From: Candidatus Anderseniibacteriota bacterium
Lineage (GTDB): Bacteria; Patescibacteriota; Andersenbacteria; UBA10190
Direction: 5' to 3'
NCBI GenBank assembly: GCA_035290125.1
Contig: DATDVI010000021.1
Location: 1 to 52,248, forward strand
DNA length: 52,248 bases
Each line of letters opens with the position of its first letter. Positions within the stretch are counted from its first letter, which is position 1. This document shows, piece by piece, positions 32,180 to 40,707 of this stretch. Under the pieces are notes generated by a model. It was given only the letters and a program-made list of their open reading frames with translations. It searched no databases and was not told where the DNA came from. A program made the translations under genes and the position numbers.

Positions 32180-33421
32180 CTACAGGTCGGCTAATTTGTC
32201 AAATAGGTTTTGGTATTGCTGAACGGCTTCATCCCAGCTGAATTTTTGGGAGACTTCGTGGAAAGCGTTCTCGGCCAGGCGCGCTCTGAGGGCCGGATCA
32301 GCGATTAGTTGCTGCAGCTTTTGGGCTAGGAGTTCCGGGTCTTTGGGTGGAATAAGAATAGCGCTTGTTTTATCCGTGACGATTTCGGGTGTGCCACCCA
32401 CGTTTGTCGCGATAATGGCAATTTTGCACAGTGCGGCTTCAATGACGCTGGTGGGCAAGCCCTCGGTGTGGCTGGGGTTAACGAAGATGTCGGACGACTT
32501 CATGATGCTGATTGTTTGTTCAAAGCTTTGCTCACCGAGAAAAGTGACAACGTTTTCGAGACCGAGTTTTTTTGTTAGTTGCTTAAGTTCTGCTTCTTGG
32601 GGACCGGAGCCAATGATATTCAGCTTCAGTTCCCCTCTCCTTGTCCGCCAGCTGGCGGAGGGAGAGGGGTTAGGGGTGAGGGTTTTTGGGGGAGAGAGGA
32701 GACTGCGAGAGCATATCTGCAAGGCGTGCAAAAGGTCAGCCACGCCTTTGCCAAAGATTAAGCGGCCGGCGTAGGTGATTATTACCGAGTTTGTAGTGAG
32801 TAGTGAGTAGTGAGTAGAAAGGTTTACAGATGTGATTTTTTCGATTGCTGCCTTATCGATGCCGCGATAAATGACCTGCGAGTCGCGGCCGGATAATTTC
32901 TTGACGAAGCTGGCTGAGGCGCGCGAGTTGGCCACCAGTGCATCGGCTGCTTTCAGGACAAAGCGGCCAAGCGTATAGTCCCAGACCCACGCGATCTTGG
33001 TCAGCAGGGGTGTGGCGAGGCTGGGGAAATCGGAACCGTGTTCAATGTGCATATGTGGTTTGCTCGTCATTTTGGCGAGAAGCACAGCGAAGAGCGACGC
33101 AATGAAGAAGCGGGTGCGGGACATGATAACATCCGGCTGGTTTTTTTGAGCACTACGTACCAGCTGCCAGAAGACAGGCCGCCAGAACGCCGGAATGGGG
33201 TAGTGCGGAATTATTTCCGCGGCAGGGTAGCGAATGACCTGGAGGTTGGGTGAGATTTTTTCATGCTCGGCCGCGCTGCGTGGTAGTCGGGCTGTGAAGA
33301 CGGTTATGCTAACACCCTGGGCGGCGAGGAGCTGATCAAGCTTGCCCGCGTGATTTTCCAGCCCGCCGATGTGGGGCGGGTAAAAGGGAGTGAGGTGCAG
33401 TGCTTTTACTTGATTTCCCAT
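32180..33421 (-). CDS. Glycosyltransferase family 4
   Basis: 413 aa. ALHLTPFYPPHIGGLENH start; FVNPSHTEGLPTSVIEAALCKIAIIATNVGGTPEIV (EX7E block). Carries in-frame repeat insertions (palindrome C2, a G-rich tract and a heptamer tract). Confidence 0.85.
   Translation of the reverse strand: MGNQVKALHLTPFYPPHIGGLENHAGKLDQLLAAQGVSITVFTARLPRSAAEHEKISPNLQVIRYPAAEIIPHYPIPAFWRPVFWQLVRSAQKNQPDVIMSRTRFFIASLFAVLLAKMTSKPHMHIEHGSDFPSLATPLLTKIAWVWDYTLGRFVLKAADALVANSRASASFVKKLSGRDSQVIYRGIDKAAIEKITSVNLSTHYSLLTTNSVIITYAGRLIFGKGVADLLHALQICSRSLLSPPKTLTPNPSPSASWRTRRGELKLNIIGSGPQEAELKQLTKKLGLENVVTFLGEQSFEQTISIMKSSDIFVNPSHTEGLPTSVIEAALCKIAIIATNVGGTPEIVTDKTSAILIPPKDPELLAQKLQQLIADPALRARLAENAFHEVSQKFSWDEAVQQYQNLFDKLADL
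32644..32659. repeat. Family C perfect 16-bp palindrome, copy C2 (extended hairpin 32632-32669)
   Basis: TCCGCCAGCTGGCGGA flanked by CCCCTCTCC...GGAGAGGGG arms. Read as SASWRT in the minus-strand GT4. Confidence 0.95.
32660..32692 (+). other. G-quadruplex-type motif GGGagaGGGGttaGGGGtgaGGGtttttGGGGG
   Basis: Five G-runs of at least 3 with loops of 3-5 nt, on the plus strand (template strand of the GT4 gene). Fits the G3+N1-7 x4 rule. Encodes the low-complexity PKTLTPNPSPS segment. Confidence 0.5.
32793..32817. repeat. Heptanucleotide tandem repeat (GTAGTGA)x3.5
   Basis: GTAGTGAGTAGTGAGTAGTGAGTAG inside the GT4 CDS (read as THYSLLTT). The same unit occurs at 50160-50181 and flanks C3. Confidence 0.9.
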
Positions 33422-35025
33422 ACGTACGCGGCGTCTTGTCGATATATTTCTGGAAAGCGCTGCGGGTGTGCTTGGATTGTCGCTGCGGTGCAGAGGGGGG
33501 CGGCTGGATCCTGCCAGGGGCGATTGTAGTACGGACTGCGGGGATCATCTGGATAGTAGAACAGGTAGGCCGGCTGGTCGGTGGTGGGAAGTTGCGGCTG
33601 CGCCTGGCAGAAAAAGTCGGCTGGCAGTCGACGAATAGTTTGCTGCATGTATACGTCTAAATAGTCTGGTCCGTGATTAGCATATACTGTGGCGTTAACG
33701 GGAATGTTCTGATCCATCCAGCGGGCAGCGTGGATGGCATGGTCGGGAAGCGCATGCTGCTTGAGTTGGTTCACGTATAGGGCACCGGTGAGGTTGACAA
33801 GGGCGAGCGCAATTGTGAGAAGTGGCAGCGAGTGGGTGAACGTACCCTGCCGTAGCAGGTACAGATACGCCGGCACACTGAAGACAACGATGAGGAGCCA
33901 GGCGCGCTCGGGCAGAACAACAATGTTAAAAAAGCGGGGTAGTATTTCGGCGAGCACCAAGAAGAATACGAGAGAGAGTCCGAGTGTCGCAGTGGAAGGA
34001 TGACGTAAAATGCTGTAGAGCCGGCTCGCCGAACGAGAGCGCATTGTCGAGATTGCAACGAGCGCGAGCAGTGGGAACACCAGGCCAGCGTAGAATGCGT
34101 AGTACTTGAATGTTTCCACCGGGCCTGGCCAGCCATTTGGTTCGCCGTCAATTGTTACAAATGACGCGGGAAAGGTGAGGTTTAGCCCTACGTTGCCCAG
34201 TGCCTGCGGAATTCGCTGCAGGACATAGGATCCGCTGAGGATAGCGGTAAGTACTAGTAAGAGTGCGGCGGGGTATCGCCAGCGGGTGGCGATGGCTGTG
34301 CCCGCGAGCCAGAGGCCGAAGAGTACCAGTGCCAATCCGTGGTAGAGCGAGCTGAGGGCGAACACGAGGCCAGCAAGGTAGTGCCAGCGCAGATCTTTGG
34401 TTCGATACGCGTGGAGGAGCAGCGCAACGCAGGTAGTAACAATAATCAGTAGCACGGCTTGGGGGGTGCCCATCGTGAGACTGAGGAGGAGCGAGGGACT
34501 CCACAGCGGCAGGCTGAGTATGGAGAGCTGCGCGAGGCGACTTTTTTCATCGCGAGCAATGAGCCACAGTGGGATGAGGCTGGTAGACGACAGTTGCGGC
34601 AGCACGAACTTAAAGATCTGCTCTGGTGTGAACGGCGTGATCATCTCGAGAATATGAATGAGCGAGTGAAAGAGGATGCGATGCAACGAGAGGTCGATTG
34701 GCTCACTGCGAAAAACGTGGACGTATGCTTTTACCCAATGGTACGGGTCGACATCAGGCAGCGCCTGATACGCAAATGTTACGAGGAGCGTGATGATGAT
34801 CTGTATGGAGAGGGCCAGCCACAGCGGCCAGCCGTGGGTTATGGCGGGCAGCCAGGGTACGCGTAGGCGAGCGCTGGTGGCAACGACTCCCAGGAAGACG
34901 AGGGTGAGCGCGGCGGCAGTTGCTGCATGTGGCTGACCGGCGAGAATGATTGGTAGAAGATTGAGAGTTGGTAGTAGCACGAGGCCGCCGAGGAGAGCCA
35001 GGCTACTCTTTGCGGCGCTGGTCAT
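33406..35025 (-). CDS. Polytopic membrane protein, candidate glycan polymerase or GT-C-type glycosyltransferase
   Basis: 539 aa. At least 10 hydrophobic segments followed by a roughly 130-aa soluble C-terminal region. Located next to a polyprenyl-phosphate GT2 + DUF2304-like pair. No catalytic motif recognised. Confidence 0.45.
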   Translation of the reverse strand: MTSAAKSSLALLGGLVLLPTLNLLPIILAGQPHAATAAALTLVFLGVVATSARLRVPWLPAITHGWPLWLALSIQIIITLLVTFAYQALPDVDPYHWVKAYVHVFRSEPIDLSLHRILFHSLIHILEMITPFTPEQIFKFVLPQLSSTSLIPLWLIARDEKSRLAQLSILSLPLWSPSLLLSLTMGTPQAVLLIIVTTCVALLLHAYRTKDLRWHYLAGLVFALSSLYHGLALVLFGLWLAGTAIATRWRYPAALLLVLTAILSGSYVLQRIPQALGNVGLNLTFPASFVTIDGEPNGWPGPVETFKYYAFYAGLVFPLLALVAISTMRSRSASRLYSILRHPSTATLGLSLVFFLVLAEILPRFFNIVVLPERAWLLIVVFSVPAYLYLLRQGTFTHSLPLLTIALALVNLTGALYVNQLKQHALPDHAIHAARWMDQNIPVNATVYANHGPDYLDVYMQQTIRRLPADFFCQAQPQLPTTDQPAYLFYYPDDPRSPYYNRPWQDPAAPLCTAATIQAHPQRFPEIYRQDAAYVWEIK

Positions 35026-35362
35026 GTTGCTCGAATTTTTCCAGGGCCTCTGCGCGCGTGAGCAGTGTCACCTGGTGCTCGATCCGTTCAATAACCGACA
35101 GCATCTTAAAAATGAGCAGGAACACGAGTAGAAACGCGATCATCATGACGGCATTGACATTGCCCTCAATGCCGAGCAGCGTGGCCAGGTCATAGGTGAG
35201 TTGTGGGAAAATAGTAATGGCGAACATACCGCCCCAGACGATGAGCCGCACGGCGAGCTTGAGGGGGGTTTGGCCCTTACCGCCGCGCAGATAGCGCTCG
35301 ACGCCAAAGCCGATCATGACGAGGGAGAGGGCAGCAACGATGAATTGGTATGGTTGCAGCAT
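35003..35362 (-). CDS. DUF2304-like small membrane protein
   Basis: 119 aa from ATG 35362 (ORF-track TTG at 35386). Three to four helices and a charged C-terminal tail (RAEALEKFEQHDQRRKE). Placement immediately after a DPM1-like GT2 is typical for this family, as far as I recall. Confidence 0.5.
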   Translation of the reverse strand: MLQPYQFIVAALSLVMIGFGVERYLRGGKGQTPLKLAVRLIVWGGMFAITIFPQLTYDLATLLGIEGNVNAVMMIAFLLVFLLIFKMLSVIERIEHQVTLLTRAEALEKFEQHDQRRKE

Positions 35363-35367
35363 GGAGG

Positions 35368-36045
35368 CTAGGAGATGTTGCGCCAAAGCATTTTGGCCGC
35401 AGTTTTGAGCCCGCTGACAACGTTCTGGCGGGCAGGCTTAGTGGTGGCATACGTTGTGTAGCGGACGCGGATGGGCACCTGCTCCCAGCGGAGCCCCTTG
35501 ACGCGGATTTCACGGATGACTTCACTGTCGTAGTCGTAGAAATCGGCTTGGGTGTCCATGAGCTTTGCGGCGTGGCGCGAATACGCTCGAAAGCCCGACT
35601 GGCTGTCGGCGACCCATTGGTGGTGGATAAGCCAGGTGGCGGCATTGCCCAAAAAATTGTGAATAACTTTGTAGCGCGGAATATCATGGCTGTGCCACTG
35701 CCGAGTGCCAAGCACGACGTCACACGCTCCGCTGAGCAATGGCTGTATCACCGCAGGTATGTCGCTGGCTAGGTGCTGGCCATCGGCATCGAGGGTGACA
35801 ATAATGTCGGCCTGCAGGCGCTGAGCGACTTCGATGCCTGTTTTTGTCGCGGCCCCCTTGCCGCGGTTGAGTTTGTGGGTCACCACATGCACACCGGTGG
35901 GTGTGGCGATAGCGCCGGTACCATCGGTTGAGCCATCGTCGACAACAACGATATTTGTAAAGCCTTGTAGTTGAATACTTTCAATGACACTGGCGATCAC
36001 CGTTGCTTCGTTGTAAGCGGGCAAGACAATGACGACGCTGCTCAT
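35368..36045 (-). CDS. Polyprenyl-phosphate glycosyltransferase (GT2, DPM1/GtrB/ArnC-like)
   Basis: 225 aa. VVIVLPAYNEATVI, IVVVDDGSTDGT, and VTLDADGQH. Confidence 0.8.
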   Translation of the reverse strand: MSSVVIVLPAYNEATVIASVIESIQLQGFTNIVVVDDGSTDGTGAIATPTGVHVVTHKLNRGKGAATKTGIEVAQRLQADIIVTLDADGQHLASDIPAVIQPLLSGACDVVLGTRQWHSHDIPRYKVIHNFLGNAATWLIHHQWVADSQSGFRAYSRHAAKLMDTQADFYDYDSEVIREIRVKGLRWEQVPIRVRYTTYATTKPARQNVVSGLKTAAKMLWRNIS

Positions 36046-37154
36046 AGCACTGCCTGATACACCTGTCGATACTGCACGGCAATACGCGGCCAGGTTAGTT
36101 TGGTGGCTACGGTCTCCCTGGCGCCGTGGACGAGCTGCACGCGCAGGGCGGGTTTTTCCAGTACTTCGCGCAGAGATGCGGCCAGCGCGATAGGGTTGTT
36201 TGGCGGCACGAGCAGACTATTTTGACGGTGCACGAGTATCTCGGGCAAGGCACCAACGGTAGTCGCGACAATGGGAGTTTCGGCTGGCATAGCTATGGAA
36301 ATGATGCCAGACTGACTGGCTTCGCGGTAGGGCAGCGCAATGAGCGTCGCGCGCTGGAAGTAGTGGATGATTTCTTCTTCGGGAATTGTTCGATTATCGA
36401 TTATTTTATTGCGCACTTTTTCGAGCAAGCTTTGATAGGGCCCCAGATCACCGGCGCCAGCCAGAATCAGCACGGGAGCTACTCCCCCAGTCTGCAACTG
36501 GATAAGGCTTTCCAGTAGGATGTCTAAACCTTTGTAATCGGCAATACGGCCAAAGAAAAGAACTGAATTGGGAATGGGAGAGATGGTGGCGTCTCGCCAG
36601 CGCAGCAAAAAGGAATAGTCACCGTGGAGAATCACGCTAATCCTGACTGGGTCAAGGCCGCGTGCAACGAGGGTTTTTTTAAGAAACTGACCATGGACAA
36701 TGATGCGGCGAGCCAGGCGCTGTTGGGTGGCGTGGATAATGCGCGAGGCCAAGGGATACACGTCGCCTGGGTGCATGAGCGGATCGTGCTGCGTAAAAAC
36801 AATGGGGTAGCGCCGGAGCCACCAGGCGTGGGGGACGTAGACGGCGTGCGAGTCAGTAAGATGGATTACGTCTGGTTGGAAGTGCTTTATTGTCTGGTAG
36901 ATGAGTTGCTGCTCGCGTAGATTCAGGAGCCAGCGCCAGAAGCCGGCTTGCTGATGTGGTGCTGCCTGGGTTAAGACCCGCACATTGCTCCCGCGGGGCA
37001 AGAGGGCCTGGTTGTTGTGGCTAGATGTCAAAAAGAGAATTTCGGTGTTGGACTGCTCAGCGAGCGCTGACACTAAACAGCAGGCGTAATGGAATAAGCC
37101 ACTGCTGCTGTAATTGATGACGGCTATTTTTAGCTTGCGCTGACGTTCTGGCAT
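36042..37154 (-). CDS. Glycosyltransferase family 4
   Basis: 370 aa. KIAVINYSSSGLFHYA start; ALPYREASQSGIISIAMPAETPIVATTVGALPEILVHRQNSLLV. Confidence 0.8.
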   Translation of the reverse strand: MPERQRKLKIAVINYSSSGLFHYACCLVSALAEQSNTEILFLTSSHNNQALLPRGSNVRVLTQAAPHQQAGFWRWLLNLREQQLIYQTIKHFQPDVIHLTDSHAVYVPHAWWLRRYPIVFTQHDPLMHPGDVYPLASRIIHATQQRLARRIIVHGQFLKKTLVARGLDPVRISVILHGDYSFLLRWRDATISPIPNSVLFFGRIADYKGLDILLESLIQLQTGGVAPVLILAGAGDLGPYQSLLEKVRNKIIDNRTIPEEEIIHYFQRATLIALPYREASQSGIISIAMPAETPIVATTVGALPEILVHRQNSLLVPPNNPIALAASLREVLEKPALRVQLVHGARETVATKLTWPRIAVQYRQVYQAVL

Positions 37155-37184
37155 AGCTGGTCACAGTATCATACTATACGTAGC

Positions 37185-37913
37185 ATGCGGCGTGTGTGCG
37201 TGATTATGCCTGCTTTTAATGAATCGGCTTCAGTCGGGCGGGTTATTGAGACAGTGCGGGACGTTTTGCCAGAGGCCCATATTGTCGTTATTGATGATGG
37301 CTCAACAGATGCCACAGCCAGGCTGGCTGAGCGAGCTGGAGCGGTTGTGGTCAGCCTCCCTTTTAATTTAGGCATTGGTGGAGCAGTGCAAACAGGGTTG
37401 AAATACGCTGATCGTGGTGGATTTGATGCGGCAGTAGAAATTGATGCCGATGGCCAGCACGACCCGGCCTTTGCCGTACGCCTAGTGGCTGCGTTGGGGC
37501 GGGAGGCCGATATGGTAATCGGCAGCCGGTTTACGGCTGCCACAACGTATCGGCCTGGCTGGTTACGGCTAGTGGGCATTCGAACATTTTCTTTTCTGAT
37601 TAAGTTGGTTACGGGTAAGCGGGTACTCGATTCAACCTCGGGGTTTCGGGCCTATAACCAGGCAGCGCTGGCCTTTTTGGCCTGGCGGTATCCGGCTGAT
37701 TTCCCGGAGCCGGAATCAATTGTCATGCTGCTGAATGCTGGTTTCAAGATCCAGGAGATTTCGACCGTGATGCAGACACGCCAGGCTGGGGAATCGGTTA
37801 TTGGCCGAAGTGATTTTTCCTGGCGGGCGGCGTATTTTGTGCTGTCGAACGCGATTGCTATTCTGGTCAGTGGCCTCAAAGAAAAACGATCCCTTAAGCA
37901 CCGCGCTGCATGA
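37185..37913 (+). CDS. Polyprenyl-phosphate glycosyltransferase (GT2, DPM1/GtrB/ArnC-like)
   Basis: 242 aa. VCVIMPAFNESASV, IVVIDDGSTDAT, EIDADGQHDP. A C-terminal amphipathic/TM segment is present. Confidence 0.8.
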   Translation: MRRVCVIMPAFNESASVGRVIETVRDVLPEAHIVVIDDGSTDATARLAERAGAVVVSLPFNLGIGGAVQTGLKYADRGGFDAAVEIDADGQHDPAFAVRLVAALGREADMVIGSRFTAATTYRPGWLRLVGIRTFSFLIKLVTGKRVLDSTSGFRAYNQAALAFLAWRYPADFPEPESIVMLLNAGFKIQEISTVMQTRQAGESVIGRSDFSWRAAYFVLSNAIAILVSGLKEKRSLKHRAA

Positions 37914-38296
37914 TTCAGCAAATTTTATCTGGTACGATCCCGGCGCGGATTCAATTTCTGGCGCTGGTGGGCAGCGTGATTCTGTTAGGAATCATTGTGA
38001 ACCTGATTCGCCGCGAGAAGTTGAAAGAGGGGTACTCGATCATTTGGTTTCTGGTAGGGCTCGCCATGGTGACTTTTTCGGCGCTGGCAGGCCTACTGGA
38101 TGTATTTGCCCGCAGTGTGGGCATATCGTATTCCCCGGCGGCATTGTTTTTGATTCTGATTAGCGGCCTATTGCTGCTGTCGATTCACTTTTCCGTTATG
38201 GTCTCAAAGCATGATCAGCGGTACCGAGAGTTAGCTCAGGAGCACGCACTGCTGCGGGCGCGCCTAGAGGCAGCGGAGAGAGGGCGCCATGGCTAG
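37910..38296 (+). CDS. DUF2304-like small membrane protein
   Basis: 128 aa, ATGA overlap with the GT2 stop. LALVGSVILLGIIVNLIRREKLKEGYSIIWFLVGL is the family-typical segment. The C-terminus is charged and helical. Confidence 0.55.
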   Translation: MIQQILSGTIPARIQFLALVGSVILLGIIVNLIRREKLKEGYSIIWFLVGLAMVTFSALAGLLDVFARSVGISYSPAALFLILISGLLLLSIHFSVMVSKHDQRYRELAQEHALLRARLEAAERGRHG

Positions 38297-39272
38297 GGTG
38301 CTTGTGACGGGGGGAGCAGGTTTTATTGGCTCCCATTTGTGCGAATATCTTCTTGGTCGGGGGTATGATGTTTTCGCGCTGGATGATCTATCAACGGGCT
38401 CGCTGACAAATATTGCTCATTTGCGGAGTCACCCGCACTTTGTGTTTACGCAAGGCTCGGTGCTCAGCCGCCGACAGATGAATGAGACGATGCGTGGGGT
38501 TGACATCGTGTATCACCTGGCCGCTTCAGTTGGAGTTAAACTGGTGGTTGAGCAGCTGGTGGCGTCGATTGAAAATAATGTTCATGGGACTGAAGCTGTA
38601 CTTGCCGCCGCGGCTGATGCCCGGGTGCCAGTTTTACTTACTTCTACCTCAGAAGTGTATGGCCGCGGCGACCGAGAGATATTCTCGGAAGACGGTGACT
38701 TAGCCATGGGACCGACTCAGCGCGGGCGCTGGTCGTATGCCTGTTCGAAAGCGCTGGATGAGTATTTAGCTTTTGCGTATCATCTGGAGCAGGACTTACC
38801 GGTGACGGTCGTGCGCCTATTTAACACCGTGGGTGAGCGGCAGAGCTCCCACTATGGCATGGTATTGCCGACGTTCGTTCGCCAGGCGCTCAGTGGACAG
38901 CCGCTGACTATTTATGGCGATGGGCAGCAAAGCCGCTGTTTTTGCCACGTGAGCGATGTCGTGACCGCGTTGGTGGGGCTCATGGAGCATGCGGGTGCAA
39001 ATGGCGAGGTGTATAATATTGGCAGCACTGAAAGTGTGACAATGGAGCAGTTAGCCGACCGGGTGCTGGCGCTCACCGGGAGCAGATCACAAAAAGTTCT
39101 GGTGCCGTATGACCAAGCTTATTTGGCCGGTTTCGATGATATCCGCCGCCGGGTGCCTGATATTAGTAAAATTAAAGCGCTGCTGGGTTGGCAGCCGACG
39201 CTGGGGTTAGACGAAATAATCACTCGCGTGCGGGATGATATTGCGGCCTCCGTGGTCCAAACGCCGGTATGA
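38289..39272 (+). CDS. NAD-dependent NDP-sugar epimerase/dehydratase (UDP-glucuronate decarboxylase/ArnA-C-like SDR)
   Basis: 327 aa. VLVTGGAGFIGSHL, TSTSEVYG, YACSKALDE (YxxxK). Confidence 0.8.
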   Translation: MARVLVTGGAGFIGSHLCEYLLGRGYDVFALDDLSTGSLTNIAHLRSHPHFVFTQGSVLSRRQMNETMRGVDIVYHLAASVGVKLVVEQLVASIENNVHGTEAVLAAAADARVPVLLTSTSEVYGRGDREIFSEDGDLAMGPTQRGRWSYACSKALDEYLAFAYHLEQDLPVTVVRLFNTVGERQSSHYGMVLPTFVRQALSGQPLTIYGDGQQSRCFCHVSDVVTALVGLMEHAGANGEVYNIGSTESVTMEQLADRVLALTGSRSQKVLVPYDQAYLAGFDDIRRRVPDISKIKALLGWQPTLGLDEIITRVRDDIAASVVQTPV

Positions 39273-39395
39273 GAAAGGCTAAAGATACGCTTGACCGCAT
39301 TATTGAGAAACTGGAGAAAATCCTCGAAGTTGTCACGTCAATTGATAGGTGACTTAAGGCACAGGAAGTCTTACGACGCGCACGTGCGTCAGCAA

Positions 39396-39424
39396 GAAAA
39401 AAGACCGTCTGAAATCAGGCGGCC
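39396..39424 (-). terminator. Rho-independent terminator
   Basis: Minus strand reads GGCCGCCTGA-TT-TCAGACGGTC (one mismatch, one G-U) followed by TTTTTTCTT. It lies 25 nt after the stop (39449) of the zinc-ribbon gene. Confidence 0.65.
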
Positions 39425-39448
39425 CTACTAGCAGGCAGTGTGATCGGC

Positions 39449-39715
39449 TTAAGATTGCGGTGCGTTCCAATCCCAGTCGCCTTTAAATTGCTTTTCCTCG
39501 TATTCAGTGAAACGGCCGCCGGCGTGAATATCCTCTTCATATTCTTTCTGCATCTTGGAGGGATATTTTCTTACGCCGGAGACTGAGGTGAAATAGCCTT
39601 TCTTTTTCAACTCCTTGAGCACAATCGGCCTACATTCTGGACAGTAGCGACTCGACGGGAGCATGCGGACGGTTTCATTACATCTTTCGCACCGTTTCTC
39701 AATCGCTTTAGCCAT
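39449..39715 (-). CDS. Hypothetical zinc-ribbon protein (88 aa)
   Basis: ATG 39715 is preceded by GGAG (8-nt spacing). CERCNETV...(10 aa)...CPECRP gives a CxxC-N-CxxC ribbon. Lys/Glu-rich C-terminus; AT-richer island. Confidence 0.5.
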   Translation of the reverse strand: MAKAIEKRCERCNETVRMLPSSRYCPECRPIVLKELKKKGYFTSVSGVRKYPSKMQKEYEEDIHAGGRFTEYEEKQFKGDWDWNAPQS

Positions 39716-39810
39716 TGTTTTTTCTCCAACTTTACGCTGCTGGGTATGCCTAGACCAGAGATGGTTAAGGAACCAGATGCTCATAATATTGTTTAATTAT
39801 CGCTCTTCTG

Positions 39811-40671
39811 TCAAGCGGTGGTTTGGAACCAGAAGATGTTGCCGTGGGTGTCGACGCCCTGAAATTGGGAGGTTGTGAACAGCGGTTTTATTTGGCCGCG
39901 CAGTTCGGGATCTGAGCTCACGAACCAATTGGGTAGAACGATCTGTATTTTCTGGCCGCCGCCGAGCAGCCAGGTAGCTAATAGATACTGCTCGTTGTAG
40001 TAGTTGAATTTATATGATGGCGGGTAATCGTCGGGTAGGAAAATATCGTGAATGCCGACGAGAATGCCGGGCGGCAGGTTGGGCAGAACATCGAGAAAGA
40101 AGACGGTGACGTCGGAATTTTGGAACGCTTGGTGCGAGTTGTCGATGAAGAGCATATCGCCGGTGGACAGCTGGCGGAATACAGTCAGATCGACTTCTTC
40201 CAGCGGCTGGCGGATAACGACATCGCACAGCTGATCTATTTCCGCGCGTGGGAAAGGGTCGATTGATGTGATAGTAGTTGCGAGGGCGTGATCACGTATA
40301 GCGCGGCGGACGAATGTCGTCGAAACACCAGAGCCAACTTCAACATACCGAGCTGGGTTACGTTCGGCGCTGAGCGCGTAGAGGGTCGCTGCATCGAGCG
40401 TTGGTAGATAGCCGTTGATCCACCAGCTGGCTGGCAGCTGGTGCAGGTGCTTCGTGTAGCTCTGTACCGTGGTGAGGTTGTGGGCGTACACGCTACGGCT
40501 GGTTTCGATTAGTAATGCCAACTGGGGGTGCCGTGGCAACCCAAAGCCGTAGCGAGGGTGCGCATCGATTGGATAATCGAGGGCAATGGCTTGCTTACCG
40601 CGCATGAGGTTCATGGCAGCAAAGAGCGGTGGTTTTTGCTTGAGGTACGAATACAGGCGCGCGGCGAACAT
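39811..40671 (-). CDS. Class I SAM-dependent methyltransferase (Methyltransf_24/TylF-CmcI-like)
   Basis: 286 aa. YVEVGSGVSTTF (glycine-rich motif I) and GDMLFIDNSHQAF (the D..FIDG.H-type block of this subgroup). Confidence 0.55.
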   Translation of the reverse strand: MFAARLYSYLKQKPPLFAAMNLMRGKQAIALDYPIDAHPRYGFGLPRHPQLALLIETSRSVYAHNLTTVQSYTKHLHQLPASWWINGYLPTLDAATLYALSAERNPARYVEVGSGVSTTFVRRAIRDHALATTITSIDPFPRAEIDQLCDVVIRQPLEEVDLTVFRQLSTGDMLFIDNSHQAFQNSDVTVFFLDVLPNLPPGILVGIHDIFLPDDYPPSYKFNYYNEQYLLATWLLGGGQKIQIVLPNWFVSSDPELRGQIKPLFTTSQFQGVDTHGNIFWFQTTA

Positions 40672-40707
40672 TGTTCTTTTTTCTGTGATAGTTTACATAC
40701 TACAGCT

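Noticed and set aside
39781-39814. TTGACA...TATTAT upstream of the zinc-ribbon gene as a promoter
   Set aside because: The spacer is 20 nt, outside the 16-18 nt window, and the -35 hexamer overlaps the stop codon of the upstream gene. Not reported as a feature.
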